DNA of 64,000 nt from an uncultured Alphaproteobacteria bacterium (GTDB lineage: Bacteria > Pseudomonadota > Alphaproteobacteria > RF32 > CAG-239): positions 194-64,193 of the forward strand of contig CALXTR010000002.1 of assembly GCA_944391475.1 (NCBI GenBank), in the 5' to 3' direction. Below the pieces are notes generated by a model. The model was given only the letters and a program-made list of their open reading frames with translations, was not told the origin of the DNA and did not search any database. The translations under genes were made by a program, and so were the position numbers. Positions 1 through 9,849 of this stretch are shown here, piece by piece (within the stretch, counting starts at the first letter, position 1; the number at the start of each line of letters is the position of its first letter).

Positions 1-883
1 CAACTATTTTCGTCAACAAAGCACGCTTAAACCCTTTGGTTAAAAAAGCATATTCAAATATGTTCTGTCCTTTGATTTTCTCCATAACCAAAGGGTCATA
101 ACCATAAATTTGCGGAATATTCTTATATCCTAAAGCTGATACTTTTTTATACCAAGCAATCTCATCTTCAGCGAGTTTTCTACCTTGCTCATTTAAGGGA
201 TATTTGAGCACAATATCACCCTTAAATTCCATTTTGTTAAACGGACGACATTTGGGTTTATTAAGCTCATTTTGGAAATATGACAACATGGTTCCAATTT
301 CTAAGCCGCCGTACATATTCAATCTCTCAAATGACAAATTATGCTTACCTGAAAGATAACGAACAAACTCTCCTTCTTCGGGAACATCTATGATTTGTTG
401 CTTGTTTTTGAATATAAATAGGCCGGCGACACCGTTTTCGGATGAGGCACTTTCCTTAAACTGATTATCAACATAGGACCAACGGCACGGAAAATCTTTA
501 GAAATTCCAATATAGTTTTTATCGTTATCTCTTGGCATACTAGCGATATTAGACAACACCAAATCGCACCAGATGAGCATGAAACTTTGGTTATCGGGAA
601 TTGTCTTTAAGCAATCCCCTATCCCTGAGCAAGTACCTTTCTTTTGAGCTTCTATAAGTTCATAATCTACTTTTGCAAAAGCCTTGAGATATTGGCGAAA
701 CGTATTTTTTTGATAATCCGCAATGATTTTGAAATGCGCATCAGGATAGCGATTAAACAAATGAAAAATCATAGGTAAATTGTCAACCGGAACCAGAGCC
801 TTCGGTTTATTAGTGGTAAGTGTTTCAAGACGAGAACCGCGACCGCCAGCTTGGACAATTATGTATTCAATTTTATTTTCCAA
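1..883 (-). CDS. Partial CDS (3' end outside window): sugar-phosphate nucleotidyltransferase fused to a choline/aminoglycoside-kinase-like region (LicC/LicA-like)
   Basis: My own translation of the minus strand runs from TTG at 883 (SD GGAGAG 5 nt upstream) to the window edge with no stop. The N-terminus IIVQAGGRGSRLETLTTNKPKALVPV is the NTP-transferase G-x-G-x-R-L/K motif. It is absent from the ORF track because it runs off the window edge. Confidence 0.6.
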   Translation of the reverse strand, partial: MENKIEYIIVQAGGRGSRLETLTTNKPKALVPVDNLPMIFHLFNRYPDAHFKIIADYQKNTFRQYLKAFAKVDYELIEAQKKGTCSGIGDCLKTIPDNQSFMLIWCDLVLSNIASMPRDNDKNYIGISKDFPCRWSYVDNQFKESASSENGVAGLFIFKNKQQIIDVPEEGEFVRYLSGKHNLSFERLNMYGGLEIGTMLSYFQNELNKPKCRPFNKMEFKGDIVLKYPLNEQGRKLAEDEIAWYKKVSALGYKNIPQIYGYDPLVMEKIKGQNIFEYAFLTKGFKRALLTKIV

Positions 884-902
884 TGTACCTCTCCTATTGG
901 CT

Positions 903-1946
903 TTAATTAATGGTTTTAATTATGGGAAATCCCAACAAATAATATTTTTTCTTGCCGGGCTTTTGCTTCATGCTTAATAATGATAGTTTGTTCAATAACT
1001 TCAATTTCCAGCCGTACTCCATTTGTTCAAACGAAAATAACTTCAAGCAGGAAAATAGATAAAAACTTTTACATTTTTGTTGTCGTATTGTTTCCGTAAA
1101 TATTGCAGCTTCGTCTGGAGATAATGTGTCATAAATAGAACTTAAAAAGACTGACTTTGTATCTAAAGGAAGCTGATTGTATGCCCAGACTGCATGTTGT
1201 ATACGCCAAGTTTTGAAATCTTTACTCAAATCAAGCTTGTGTTTAGCTAAAACTTTATCAATTTCTTTCATTACTAGCGGCAACTCAATGAAATGAGGTG
1301 ATATTTTATTGGTGGTGCTGCCTTTTGTTTGGCGATAGTAGTATAGTGCATCATCTAAAAATGCGATTTTTTTGGCACTCAAAACTGCATCAAGCACAAA
1401 ACGCACATCCTCACAAACAAAAACATAGCTAAATCTGATATCATGCTGTTTTATCCAGGATGCCTTGTAAAGCATGTGCCATGAATGGAAAGAAACATCG
1501 CTTAGGTTTTCCTTGATGTCTCGCCATGTTCCAACTTCTTTTAGAGAACTATAGTAGAGTTTGCGGCTGAGTTGGCCATCTTGCGCAACATAGGCATTAA
1601 AGCTGACCAAATCTGCATCTGTGGTTTTAGCTAATTGCGTTGTTTTAGAAATCATATCCAAAGCAAGCCAGTCATCCGCATCTAAAAAGGCCAGATACTT
1701 ACCTTGAGCTGCCTCCATGCCGCAATTACGCGCAACTCCGGGGCCTTGGTTTTCCTGATTAATTATCTTAAATCTTTTATCTTTAGCGGCATACTCATTT
1801 AATATAGACAGACTAACATCGGTTGAGCCGTTATTTATGCAAATGGCTTCCCAATCACTTTCAGTTTGGGACAATAAACTGTCTAAACAACGATGAAGCG
1901 TTGGAGATGCATTATATATCGGGATGACAAATGAAATCAAAGTCAT
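903..1946 (-). CDS. Family 2 glycosyltransferase
   Basis: ISFVIPIYNASPTLHRCLDSLLSQT and FLDADDW are GT2 signatures. I take the start at the internal ATG at 1946, which overlaps the upstream stop by 1 nt. The C-terminus carries a YYLLGFPIIKTIN motif. Confidence 0.85.
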   Translation of the reverse strand: MTLISFVIPIYNASPTLHRCLDSLLSQTESDWEAICINNGSTDVSLSILNEYAAKDKRFKIINQENQGPGVARNCGMEAAQGKYLAFLDADDWLALDMISKTTQLAKTTDADLVSFNAYVAQDGQLSRKLYYSSLKEVGTWRDIKENLSDVSFHSWHMLYKASWIKQHDIRFSYVFVCEDVRFVLDAVLSAKKIAFLDDALYYYRQTKGSTTNKISPHFIELPLVMKEIDKVLAKHKLDLSKDFKTWRIQHAVWAYNQLPLDTKSVFLSSIYDTLSPDEAAIFTETIRQQKCKSFYLFSCLKLFSFEQMEYGWKLKLLNKLSLLSMKQKPGKKKYYLLGFPIIKTIN

Positions 1947-2752
1947 TAGGCACACTCCTTTTGCCAGACCAACATGAAAGTTCGGTGAGAAGATTTTTCA
2001 AGTTTGAACAATAATTTTTGATTATTCGGCAAAACAATGTCCGATGCGTTTGTTTTTTGGCGTTTATAGCGAATCAACTTTAGGCAGCCATTACCTAAAC
2101 GTAACGATAATTTTTCGGTAATTTTATAGTCATCCACCCAACTGGCATCAAAATGATGAATACAATAGCTGTCTTTACTTGGCCAATAGAGTAACTTGGC
2201 CGGAAAAATATAGGCGTCTTGTGTGATTTTAATCGGCTCTGCATCTGTGTATAGTTGCGGAAGATTATATTGTTTTTTCAGATATGCGCTAAAACGAACC
2301 GTGTTAGGCGTGGTATCCTCACTACCATCGGGTTTTATAAAGCTTAATGTATCATAAAGTTTTAAGAAGTTTCCGATTAAGGGGTGACCTGCCTCGCTAC
2401 CCATTACTGCCGTTCCGACAGATTCTATATTTTCGAGATATTCACTACCCAAAAATACCTTATTAGACAACAAATCATCAAAAGGTTTGAACACCTCGAC
2501 ATCTGTATCTAGGTAGATACCACCTTGTGTATAGAGAGCATATAAGCGGAACCAGTCTGAAACAAAAGCCCATTTTTGAGCAGCATAGGCTTCTCTAACG
2601 TATTGATTATTGATGTTTGATAAATCTTTTTCAGACCACTCACGAAACTCATAACCGGAAAGATTTTGTTTCCAGCTATGCATACAACGACGGATAGTTT
2701 CGTTCTTCGGACCGTTTCCAAACCAGCAATAATGAATCAGTTTACGAATCAT
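1946..2752 (-). CDS. DXD-motif glycosyltransferase (Gly_transf_sug / GT32-like)
   Basis: IHYCWFG at the N-terminus, GGIYLDTDVEV DXD motif, SD GAGGAGG upstream. Confidence 0.8.
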   Translation of the reverse strand: MIRKLIHYCWFGNGPKNETIRRCMHSWKQNLSGYEFREWSEKDLSNINNQYVREAYAAQKWAFVSDWFRLYALYTQGGIYLDTDVEVFKPFDDLLSNKVFLGSEYLENIESVGTAVMGSEAGHPLIGNFLKLYDTLSFIKPDGSEDTTPNTVRFSAYLKKQYNLPQLYTDAEPIKITQDAYIFPAKLLYWPSKDSYCIHHFDASWVDDYKITEKLSLRLGNGCLKLIRYKRQKTNASDIVLPNNQKLLFKLEKSSHRTFMLVWQKECA

Positions 2753-3127
2753 TACGCCCTCCTCGGAAACGAGCGGGGCTGATGCGCATTATACACCTTG
2801 CGGCAAAGCTTTATGAAGAACTTTGCAAATTGTCAAATGGTTAATAAAAAAAACCAACTATCCTTATCGGTTTTGAGCCTAAATTATTTGGATTAGGATT
2901 ACAAGCACTTTTTTGTATTTTTACCCTCTTTAAGCTAAATAATTTTAACCTAAAAATGTATTGACAAACTTTGTGTAATTTTTTGATGCAATAGTAATTA
3001 TTTCTATTATTGGTTGTGATTTTGTAAGTCTATGAATCAGTAAATTTTACTTTATCGTAAAAGAAATGGTGCCGAATCGATAAACTAAAATCCGACACCA
3101 ATCTGACTGCAAACTTTTTTTAGTTAT

Positions 3128-5212
3128 TTAACTGATTTTCATAATCGGCAGCAGGTTAAAAAATTTAATCAGCTTGTATTTCTTTTTGTTTTGTACTCTA
3201 AACATCGGAATTCCTAACACCGATATAACATCTCGCTTGCCGCGTTTGATTTTTATTAGGGGCAAAATTCCAAATAGTTTATAGCTACTTTGGGTTGAGT
3301 TATGTTTAATTTTCAGCAATGGCAAAAGCCCAAATAATTTGTAGCTGATTTTACTTGCATTTTTGCTATTTTGCGCCGGATTATTGAGTTGTCGTGCGAT
3401 TACATCATAATATGGCGAGACCCGAAGATATTGCCAATATACATTTGCAAAATCGCAAGACAAATTGTCTACCTCCCATGGCTTAATGATGAAAGATACT
3501 AATGACGGAGCGCACATAAACTTAAAGTAATTGTCCTTTTCTTCATCTCGCAAATAGTCACTTTCTTTTAAGGTATTGGTAACATTAAAATAATTCCAAT
3601 TCCGCGGCAAAACAAACAACTCATTTTCGCTAAATAAACAGTTTAGAACATCTTGGTCGTGGCTATAATAATCTTTTTCTAAAAGCTTAGTTAGCTTGCA
3701 GCGTTTTTCTTCTAAGTTCATCTTTTCTAAATCTAAAATTAGAACCCCACTGCTAAAATAGTTTTGGCTGCGGATTTCACTCATATTCAGATAATTTCTA
3801 CAATAATCATGGTATGTACCAGAAAATCCACACCAAGTTATATTTTTAGAATACAAACTTTTTTGCCATACACATGAATCAAGAGCTCCAGCAATGGATT
3901 TATCACCAATATCCATTTGATATAGCTTAGAAACATCATCTAATAATAAGCTGTCGGCATCGATATACAACACGCGGTCAAATTTGCGAAACAACCAGAA
4001 AATTCCAAGCCGATAATATGCTGCTCGGGTCAGATGGCGAGTTTCTGAAGCGCTAATAAACTGATCTCGCATATCAATAAAACTGATTTTGACTTTCTGG
4101 TTTTCCAATTGGTAGAAATTTTCTTTTTGAACAATACCCCCGTCTAAAATGTATATATAGGCAGTGACATCAGGCGAGATTTTGCTCAAAGCAGATTTAA
4201 TTGCCACATATAAATGCGGTTCATAATTGGCATCGCTAGCCAAGCAAAGCACAACCTTATTTTCTTTTTGATTGTAAGGAGGCTCAATAATCGGCAAATC
4301 AGAAAGCTTGTTTATCATATCTTCTTTCGTATATGCAGAGGGAATGCGCTCCACTTTATCTAATGGATTGCGCTGGCATAAAATTTTTAAGGCTTTGATG
4401 AACTTTGGGCTATAAGTGTCTGATTTTTGCTCTGAAAAATAGCGGTATATCTCATCGTTGCTTTTCCAAATAGCACGGCTTAAAAATTCGCAATCAGTGT
4501 TTGAAAGCTCTGGAAAATGGTGTGAAATTATCTCAGCCCTCTCGGCTAAGTGAACTGAAGTTATCTTTTTATCCTTACTGCCGCTTAAGCCGCCCAATCT
4601 AACTCCTGCTACTGCACGATACAGATTTTTTACATAACAAGATTTGTCTTCATAAACCCGCAAGAAAAAATCCCAATCTGCGGCAATTTTATAATGAGTG
4701 TTATAGTCGCCTAACCTCCGGTGCAAATCTTTTTTATATATAATTCCTTGATGGCTGACCATAAAACTAAAATACATTTTATCGTCGAGTTCATAAGGAA
4801 TGCGACACGAAACTCTTTTGTCTTTGGCGTCATATTCGTTGACACCACAGATATAGGCATCGACTTTACCGAAATCTGCTTGTTCCAAAATGGCATTGAC
4901 TGAGCCATTCAATATATAATCGTCTGAATTGATAAGCCAAATATATTCGCCTTGCGCCAAGTGTATCCCCTTGTTCATAGCATCATAAATACCGTTATCC
5001 GCCTCAGAAATATATTTGAGCCAACCTTTTTTTGCGTATTCGTCCAAAATTTTTACACTACCATCTGTTGAACCGCCATCGATAACTAAGTGTTCTATTT
5101 GCCCTTTGTTTTCTTGATGTATGCTTTCAACACATTGACGAAACTGTTTCTCTCGTTGCGTTTTTAGCAGGTTGAATACAACTGTAATAATGGAGATTTT
5201 GTATGACATCAT
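3128..5212 (-). CDS. Bifunctional glycosyltransferase: N-terminal GT2, C-terminal GT8-like domain with tandem YKLFG(L/I)LPL(L/I)KIK repeats at the extreme C-terminus
   Basis: ISIITVVFN..DGGSTDGS..INSDDY gives the GT2 domain. RAAYYRLGIFWLF..VLYIDADSL..HDQDVLN gives the GT8-like domain. The repeats are seen in the last ~80 aa. Confidence 0.8.
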   Translation of the reverse strand: MMSYKISIITVVFNLLKTQREKQFRQCVESIHQENKGQIEHLVIDGGSTDGSVKILDEYAKKGWLKYISEADNGIYDAMNKGIHLAQGEYIWLINSDDYILNGSVNAILEQADFGKVDAYICGVNEYDAKDKRVSCRIPYELDDKMYFSFMVSHQGIIYKKDLHRRLGDYNTHYKIAADWDFFLRVYEDKSCYVKNLYRAVAGVRLGGLSGSKDKKITSVHLAERAEIISHHFPELSNTDCEFLSRAIWKSNDEIYRYFSEQKSDTYSPKFIKALKILCQRNPLDKVERIPSAYTKEDMINKLSDLPIIEPPYNQKENKVVLCLASDANYEPHLYVAIKSALSKISPDVTAYIYILDGGIVQKENFYQLENQKVKISFIDMRDQFISASETRHLTRAAYYRLGIFWLFRKFDRVLYIDADSLLLDDVSKLYQMDIGDKSIAGALDSCVWQKSLYSKNITWCGFSGTYHDYCRNYLNMSEIRSQNYFSSGVLILDLEKMNLEEKRCKLTKLLEKDYYSHDQDVLNCLFSENELFVLPRNWNYFNVTNTLKESDYLRDEEKDNYFKFMCAPSLVSFIIKPWEVDNLSCDFANVYWQYLRVSPYYDVIARQLNNPAQNSKNASKISYKLFGLLPLLKIKHNSTQSSYKLFGILPLIKIKRGKRDVISVLGIPMFRVQNKKKYKLIKFFNLLPIMKIS

Positions 5213-5338
5213 TTAATCCTTTGGTTTATATTATACTTAATAAGCAATTATGGATTTATGATATAGATGTATACAAATTTTAATATATCTATTTTTAGTT
5301 ATATACAATTTTTTTGAGAAATAATGACACCATTACGA

Positions 5339-6856
5339 CTAAAGTATATTGACTATACGTCTAATTTCAAAACTGCGCAGAGATTTTCTTTCTTGGCACT
5401 CGGCGACCAAAAAATCTCGCTTTATATCTTGGGGGATTACCTCTCTTTTATAGCATTTACCATCTGTTTTACAATAGACTAGCCTCAGCGTTTGATTATC
5501 TCTGATTGCTTTTTGTAAAGTTTGCATCTTGCGTATTGTCGGCATGGCTGTGTCTTCACAATAATTACACAAAAAGTCATTAATCCGCTCGTCTACCATC
5601 ACACTTTTTAGCGAAACCGCACGCGTCAAGCTCAAGCCTTCAAACGAAGTACAACGGCTCAAGGCAACGTATAATTGTCCGGCGGCAAAGGTCCCTCGTC
5701 CGATATCTATCTCTACTTTATCAAATGTTTTACCTTGGCTTTTGTGTATCGTAACTGCCCAAGACATTCGAAACGGAAACTGCACAAAACTACCCACTAC
5801 TTCCGATATTATTTCCTTACCCTCAAGCTTATATTTACAAACCTCCCACTCAAACGGGAAGACTGCCACCAGTCTTTGTCCGGCCTGTAATCTTACATTG
5901 ACCTGACTTAAGCGGTCATCACGAAACTTTATGCCCTCAATGTGTCCGACACTGCCATTTACCCAACGGTTTTTAGAATCATTGTTTAAAAACATTATCT
6001 GAGCACCAATCTTAAACTCCAAATGCTCAGCTGTGGGGTAATATTCTTTGCTGAAATCTCCTTGTATCTCAGCATCGGAAATATAACTTATCCCCTCTAA
6101 CGCCTCTAGACGCTCCTGATTTATTTTATCGGCGGTTTGGTTGGTGGTGGTAAGAGTTATCTTAAAATCTTCTGCTCCTTTGGCGCTGACATCAACTCCG
6201 ACCCGCGAGTTGAGTTCGCGGATATCCGCCAAAGTGGCCTGATTGTTCCGGATATTATTTAACAACCGAATGAAATCACCGTCTTTTTGGCGGTATATCT
6301 TCTTGAGTTCAATAACCTGAAGAGAAATTTGGCGCATGACATCGGCGCTAAAAAAATATGGTGTGGCATAGTGCTCGGCAAATATCTCTTTTTCTTGGTT
6401 TCCTACTACCGGCGGAAGTTGGTATAAATCCCCAACCAGTACAATTTGGACACCTCCAAAAACTTGGTCTTCTTTAGGACCATAACGGCGCAAAAATGCA
6501 TCAATGCAATCCAATAAATCCGCTCTTAGCATAGAGGCTTCGTCAATTATCAGCGTTTCTAAATGCTTATATATTCTTACGGCACGAGGCTTAAACTCGC
6601 CACTTGTAATTTGTGGAGCGCTAATATTAATCGGAAAACCAAAAAAACGGTGAATAGTCTGCCCTTTGATATTTAAGGCCGCCACTCCAGTTGGCGCCAG
6701 CAGCACTATTCTTTTAGCGCTATGCTCATAGGCGTAATTTAGTAAGGTAGATTTTCCGGTACCGGCTTTACCGGTAATAAACAGATGTTGCTGGGTGTTT
6801 TCCAGCAAATCTAAGGCTTTTTGAAATTCCGGATTAATCTCGACCTGCAAGGGCAT
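5339..6856 (-). CDS. Pif1/RecD-family (AAA_30) helicase with C-terminal WYL domain
   Basis: Walker A GKAGTGKST, DEASML, and VTIHKSQG in the UvrD_C_2-like region. The C-terminus LRLVYCKTDGKCYKREVIPQDI..FLVAECQERKSLRSFEIRRI fits the WYL pattern. Confidence 0.8.
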   Translation of the reverse strand: MPLQVEINPEFQKALDLLENTQQHLFITGKAGTGKSTLLNYAYEHSAKRIVLLAPTGVAALNIKGQTIHRFFGFPINISAPQITSGEFKPRAVRIYKHLETLIIDEASMLRADLLDCIDAFLRRYGPKEDQVFGGVQIVLVGDLYQLPPVVGNQEKEIFAEHYATPYFFSADVMRQISLQVIELKKIYRQKDGDFIRLLNNIRNNQATLADIRELNSRVGVDVSAKGAEDFKITLTTTNQTADKINQERLEALEGISYISDAEIQGDFSKEYYPTAEHLEFKIGAQIMFLNNDSKNRWVNGSVGHIEGIKFRDDRLSQVNVRLQAGQRLVAVFPFEWEVCKYKLEGKEIISEVVGSFVQFPFRMSWAVTIHKSQGKTFDKVEIDIGRGTFAAGQLYVALSRCTSFEGLSLTRAVSLKSVMVDERINDFLCNYCEDTAMPTIRKMQTLQKAIRDNQTLRLVYCKTDGKCYKREVIPQDIKRDFLVAECQERKSLRSFEIRRIVNIL

Positions 6857-6860
6857 GGGG

Positions 6861-7631
6861 TTAATCGTCTTTCAGCGGGCGGTCTGGCATTCCTACTCTT
6901 CCCACAAAAGGCAGCTTAACCGCTGGGCGCAATATATCAACTCCAAAGTCGAGCCCCAAAATATTAACCTCGATTCCTTCACCTTCTCCAATGGTGAACC
7001 CTAACAATCCATACAGTGAAAACTGCCAACCGGTTTTGCTTTCACTTACTGACCAAAAATTGCCGCCATAGAGCCAATCTCTACCAATGGCATGCGGAGG
7101 CAATTCCACGCTTAACTCGGGGACATTCCTAATTATGTATGATATAAAGGTGTTGCTGTTGGGACCTGGCCAAAGCACATAGGTATCATCATAAGCGTAG
7201 TTTTTGACCAATTCTTCAATCTTGGTAATGGCGGTTTTAGCTTTTTCTCCCCGCAATTCCTCAATTAATTCCGGAGTTGAGCCATACCATTTGCGGTCAG
7301 GAATATCTTGTTCAACTGTCACACTGTGTCCGGTGCGCGGAAGGCGATATCCCAAGACCTGATAAGTGGTATATTGCTTAGCATTTTCAGGCTTTACGGC
7401 TATCCAACTATGCACCGCAAACCAACCGCGCCAGCTATAGGTGCGCGCAGCATATACTTGCACAACCGCTCTTTTCTCAACATCTGGCAGTGGGGCAATT
7501 CCGGCCGAACTACGGTCAGCCTGCCACCATGGTTCGGGGCGGTAAAATAATACCAAGCCTAAAAAAACGGCAGTCATTACAAATCCGAATATCATGGCCT
7601 TATTGATTTTTATTTCTTTTATTTTTATCAT
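6861..7631 (-). CDS. Hypothetical N-terminally membrane-anchored protein (possibly DUF3750-like)
   Basis: Long ORF with ATGA overlap with radC and one N-terminal TM helix. The family assignment is from memory only. Confidence 0.5.
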   Translation of the reverse strand: MIKIKEIKINKAMIFGFVMTAVFLGLVLFYRPEPWWQADRSSAGIAPLPDVEKRAVVQVYAARTYSWRGWFAVHSWIAVKPENAKQYTTYQVLGYRLPRTGHSVTVEQDIPDRKWYGSTPELIEELRGEKAKTAITKIEELVKNYAYDDTYVLWPGPNSNTFISYIIRNVPELSVELPPHAIGRDWLYGGNFWSVSESKTGWQFSLYGLLGFTIGEGEGIEVNILGLDFGVDILRPAVKLPFVGRVGMPDRPLKDD

Positions 7632-8353
7632 CTTTTTACTCTAGGTATCAGACCTTCTTTAGCAAAACTATACACGTTATCCTTACTGACTATCAAGTGG
7701 TCAATGACATCAACATCGACCAAGCGACCAGCTTCACAAATCATTTGAGTTAGGGCAATATCTTGTCCTGAAGGTTTAACCACACCTGAGGGGTGATTGT
7801 GTACCAGAACAATTGCTCCGGCGCCACGGTCAATGGCTGCTTTGATAACCTCGCGAGGATGAATCGAAACTTGGTTGAGACTGCCTCGTTGCTCAATATC
7901 TTCTCCGATTAATCTTAATTTGGAGTTAAGATAAACCACCATGAACTGCTCAACCGTACTATAGCCGATTTTAGAGCGGCAATAGTCTACCACTAAATCC
8001 CAGTTGTTAAGCACCGGAACATCGGCCGCATTAAGATTTTGCCACTGCAAACGCAAGGCGGCCTCTTTTACGGCTTTTAAAAGGGCAAGACTACTTTCCT
8101 TAAAACCAGGAAAAGAAAGCAACTCATGATTATCGGCATTAATCACGCCGGCAAAAGAGCCAAACCTTTTAACCAACTGTTTTGCTAAAGGTTTGACATC
8201 GCGTCTGGGGATAGACATAGTGAGCAAAAATTCTAAAAACTCATAGTCGGCCATATCTTTTCCCTCGCTAATCAAAAAGCGAGTTCTTAACCTTTGGCGA
8301 TGACCAAGGTAGTCTGGCTGCTCTTCTTTCTTGGTTTGAGTAGTCCTGCTCAT
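7628..8353 (-). CDS. radC: RadC-family JAB/MPN domain protein
   Basis: HNHPSG JAMM motif, N-terminal HhH-like region, and position downstream of map as in many alphaproteobacteria. Confidence 0.85.
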   Translation of the reverse strand: MSRTTQTKKEEQPDYLGHRQRLRTRFLISEGKDMADYEFLEFLLTMSIPRRDVKPLAKQLVKRFGSFAGVINADNHELLSFPGFKESSLALLKAVKEAALRLQWQNLNAADVPVLNNWDLVVDYCRSKIGYSTVEQFMVVYLNSKLRLIGEDIEQRGSLNQVSIHPREVIKAAIDRGAGAIVLVHNHPSGVVKPSGQDIALTQMICEAGRLVDVDVIDHLIVSKDNVYSFAKEGLIPRVKR

Positions 8354-8355
8354 AG

Positions 8356-9183
8356 CTACTCTACCTTATAGGGCGGCTTATCATAGCCTTTGAGCGAATA
8401 GGTAAACACCTCACAACCATCTTTGGTTACACCCAATGAGTGTTCAAACTGAGCTGAGAGCGATTTGTCTCTTGTCGTGGAGGTCCAGCCATCTGCCAAA
8501 ATAATGGCATCTTTTTTACCAATATTAATCATTGGTTCAATGGTGAAAAACATACCCTCCTCTATCAGCGGGCCGGTACCTTTGCGCCCGCAGTGCATGA
8601 CATTTGGGGCATCGTGGAAAACTCGTCCCAAACCATGACCGCAGAACATATCAACCACCGAATAGCCATATTTATGAGCATATTCCTCAATGACAGCACC
8701 AATATCTCCCATGCGAGCTCCGGGTTTGACCACATCTATACCGCGCATTAAGCACTCGTAGGTAACATCGCAAAGTCTGGTGGCTTTAATTTTAGGTTTG
8801 CCGGCATAATACATGCGGCTCGTATCACCAAACCAACCATCTAATGTTACTGTAACATCAATATTTAAGATATCGCCATCTGCCAACTTGCGTTCGTAGC
8901 TCGGGATTCCATGGCAAATCACATGGTTAATGGAAATACACAAGGTTTTGGGATAGCCACGGTAGCCAAGGCATGATGGAATCGCGCCATGGGACAAGAT
9001 AAATTCTCTTGCCAGGTCGTCCAGCTCTCCGGTGGAAACGCCGACTTTGACATAAGGGGTCAGATAATCTAAGCACTCAGCCGCGAGTTTGCCAGCTTTG
9101 CGCATTCCTTCAAAATCTTCCGGCTCATAAATGGTGATGCCGTCTTTTCTTTTGTGTGACAATTTTTCCTCTTTCAGTAACAC
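8356..9183 (-). CDS. map: Methionine aminopeptidase type I
   Basis: Full-length M24A pattern (HGIP, DIGAV, GHGLG, FTIEP, EHS). GTG start. Confidence 0.95.
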   Translation of the reverse strand: MLLKEEKLSHKRKDGITIYEPEDFEGMRKAGKLAAECLDYLTPYVKVGVSTGELDDLAREFILSHGAIPSCLGYRGYPKTLCISINHVICHGIPSYERKLADGDILNIDVTVTLDGWFGDTSRMYYAGKPKIKATRLCDVTYECLMRGIDVVKPGARMGDIGAVIEEYAHKYGYSVVDMFCGHGLGRVFHDAPNVMHCGRKGTGPLIEEGMFFTIEPMINIGKKDAIILADGWTSTTRDKSLSAQFEHSLGVTKDGCEVFTYSLKGYDKPPYKVE

Positions 9184-9283
9184 TACTTTTTATTGTTTTG
9201 TATTTTTACATCATTAAAATAATATTGCAATACTCCTTACACTTATTATTTATATAGTATTGTCTCATTGAAAGGAGAAAACC

Positions 9284-9739
9284 ATGATAAAGAAAATTTC
9301 TTATGCATTTTTGAGCGTGTTGATTGTTGGCTTAACTTTAGTTGGATGCAAAATTTTTACTGAAGTTGGTATGAGCTCATGGTATCCGATGGCACAAAAA
9401 CCAATGTTTACTCCACCAGATTATGTTTTTCCGATTGCTTGGAGTATTATTTATGCAATGCTCATCTTAACAGCTTATCGAATTTTTTATTATCGTTTGG
9501 GGACTTCTAGCACCGTATTATTTATTATTCAGCTAACCTTACAAGTGCTGTGGTGTATGGTCTTTTTTGGAATGCAAAATTATCTAATGGGACTAATTGT
9601 ACTTTTAATGCTTGATTTGACGGTGCTTATGCTCATTTTGCGCTTGCAAAATTCTGATATTATCTCGGCGCGGCTGATGTATCCATATTTTGTTTGGCTG
9701 CTGTTTGCAACTTATTTAAACCTCGGATTCATCTTCTAG
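9284..9739 (+). CDS. tspO: TspO/MBR family tryptophan-rich sensory protein
   Basis: Five-TM protein of ~150 aa with KP.FTPP..VFPIAWSIIY signature. SD AAGGAG upstream. Confidence 0.7.
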   Translation: MIKKISYAFLSVLIVGLTLVGCKIFTEVGMSSWYPMAQKPMFTPPDYVFPIAWSIIYAMLILTAYRIFYYRLGTSSTVLFIIQLTLQVLWCMVFFGMQNYLMGLIVLLMLDLTVLMLILRLQNSDIISARLMYPYFVWLLFATYLNLGFIF

Positions 9740-9849
9740 GTCTAATCTGTGAGAAAAACAGTAATTTTTGATAAAAAAATTATAGACAACCGCAGAGCTT
9801 TGCTTTATTTTATCAAGGTTAGTAATTTTTTTATTTTTGGGAAGTAAAA

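Noticed and set aside
780-977. 65-aa plus-strand ORF from the track
   Set aside because: It overlaps the 5' end of the minus-strand nucleotidyltransferase gene and the 3' end of the GT2 gene. It has a TTG start and no supporting signal.
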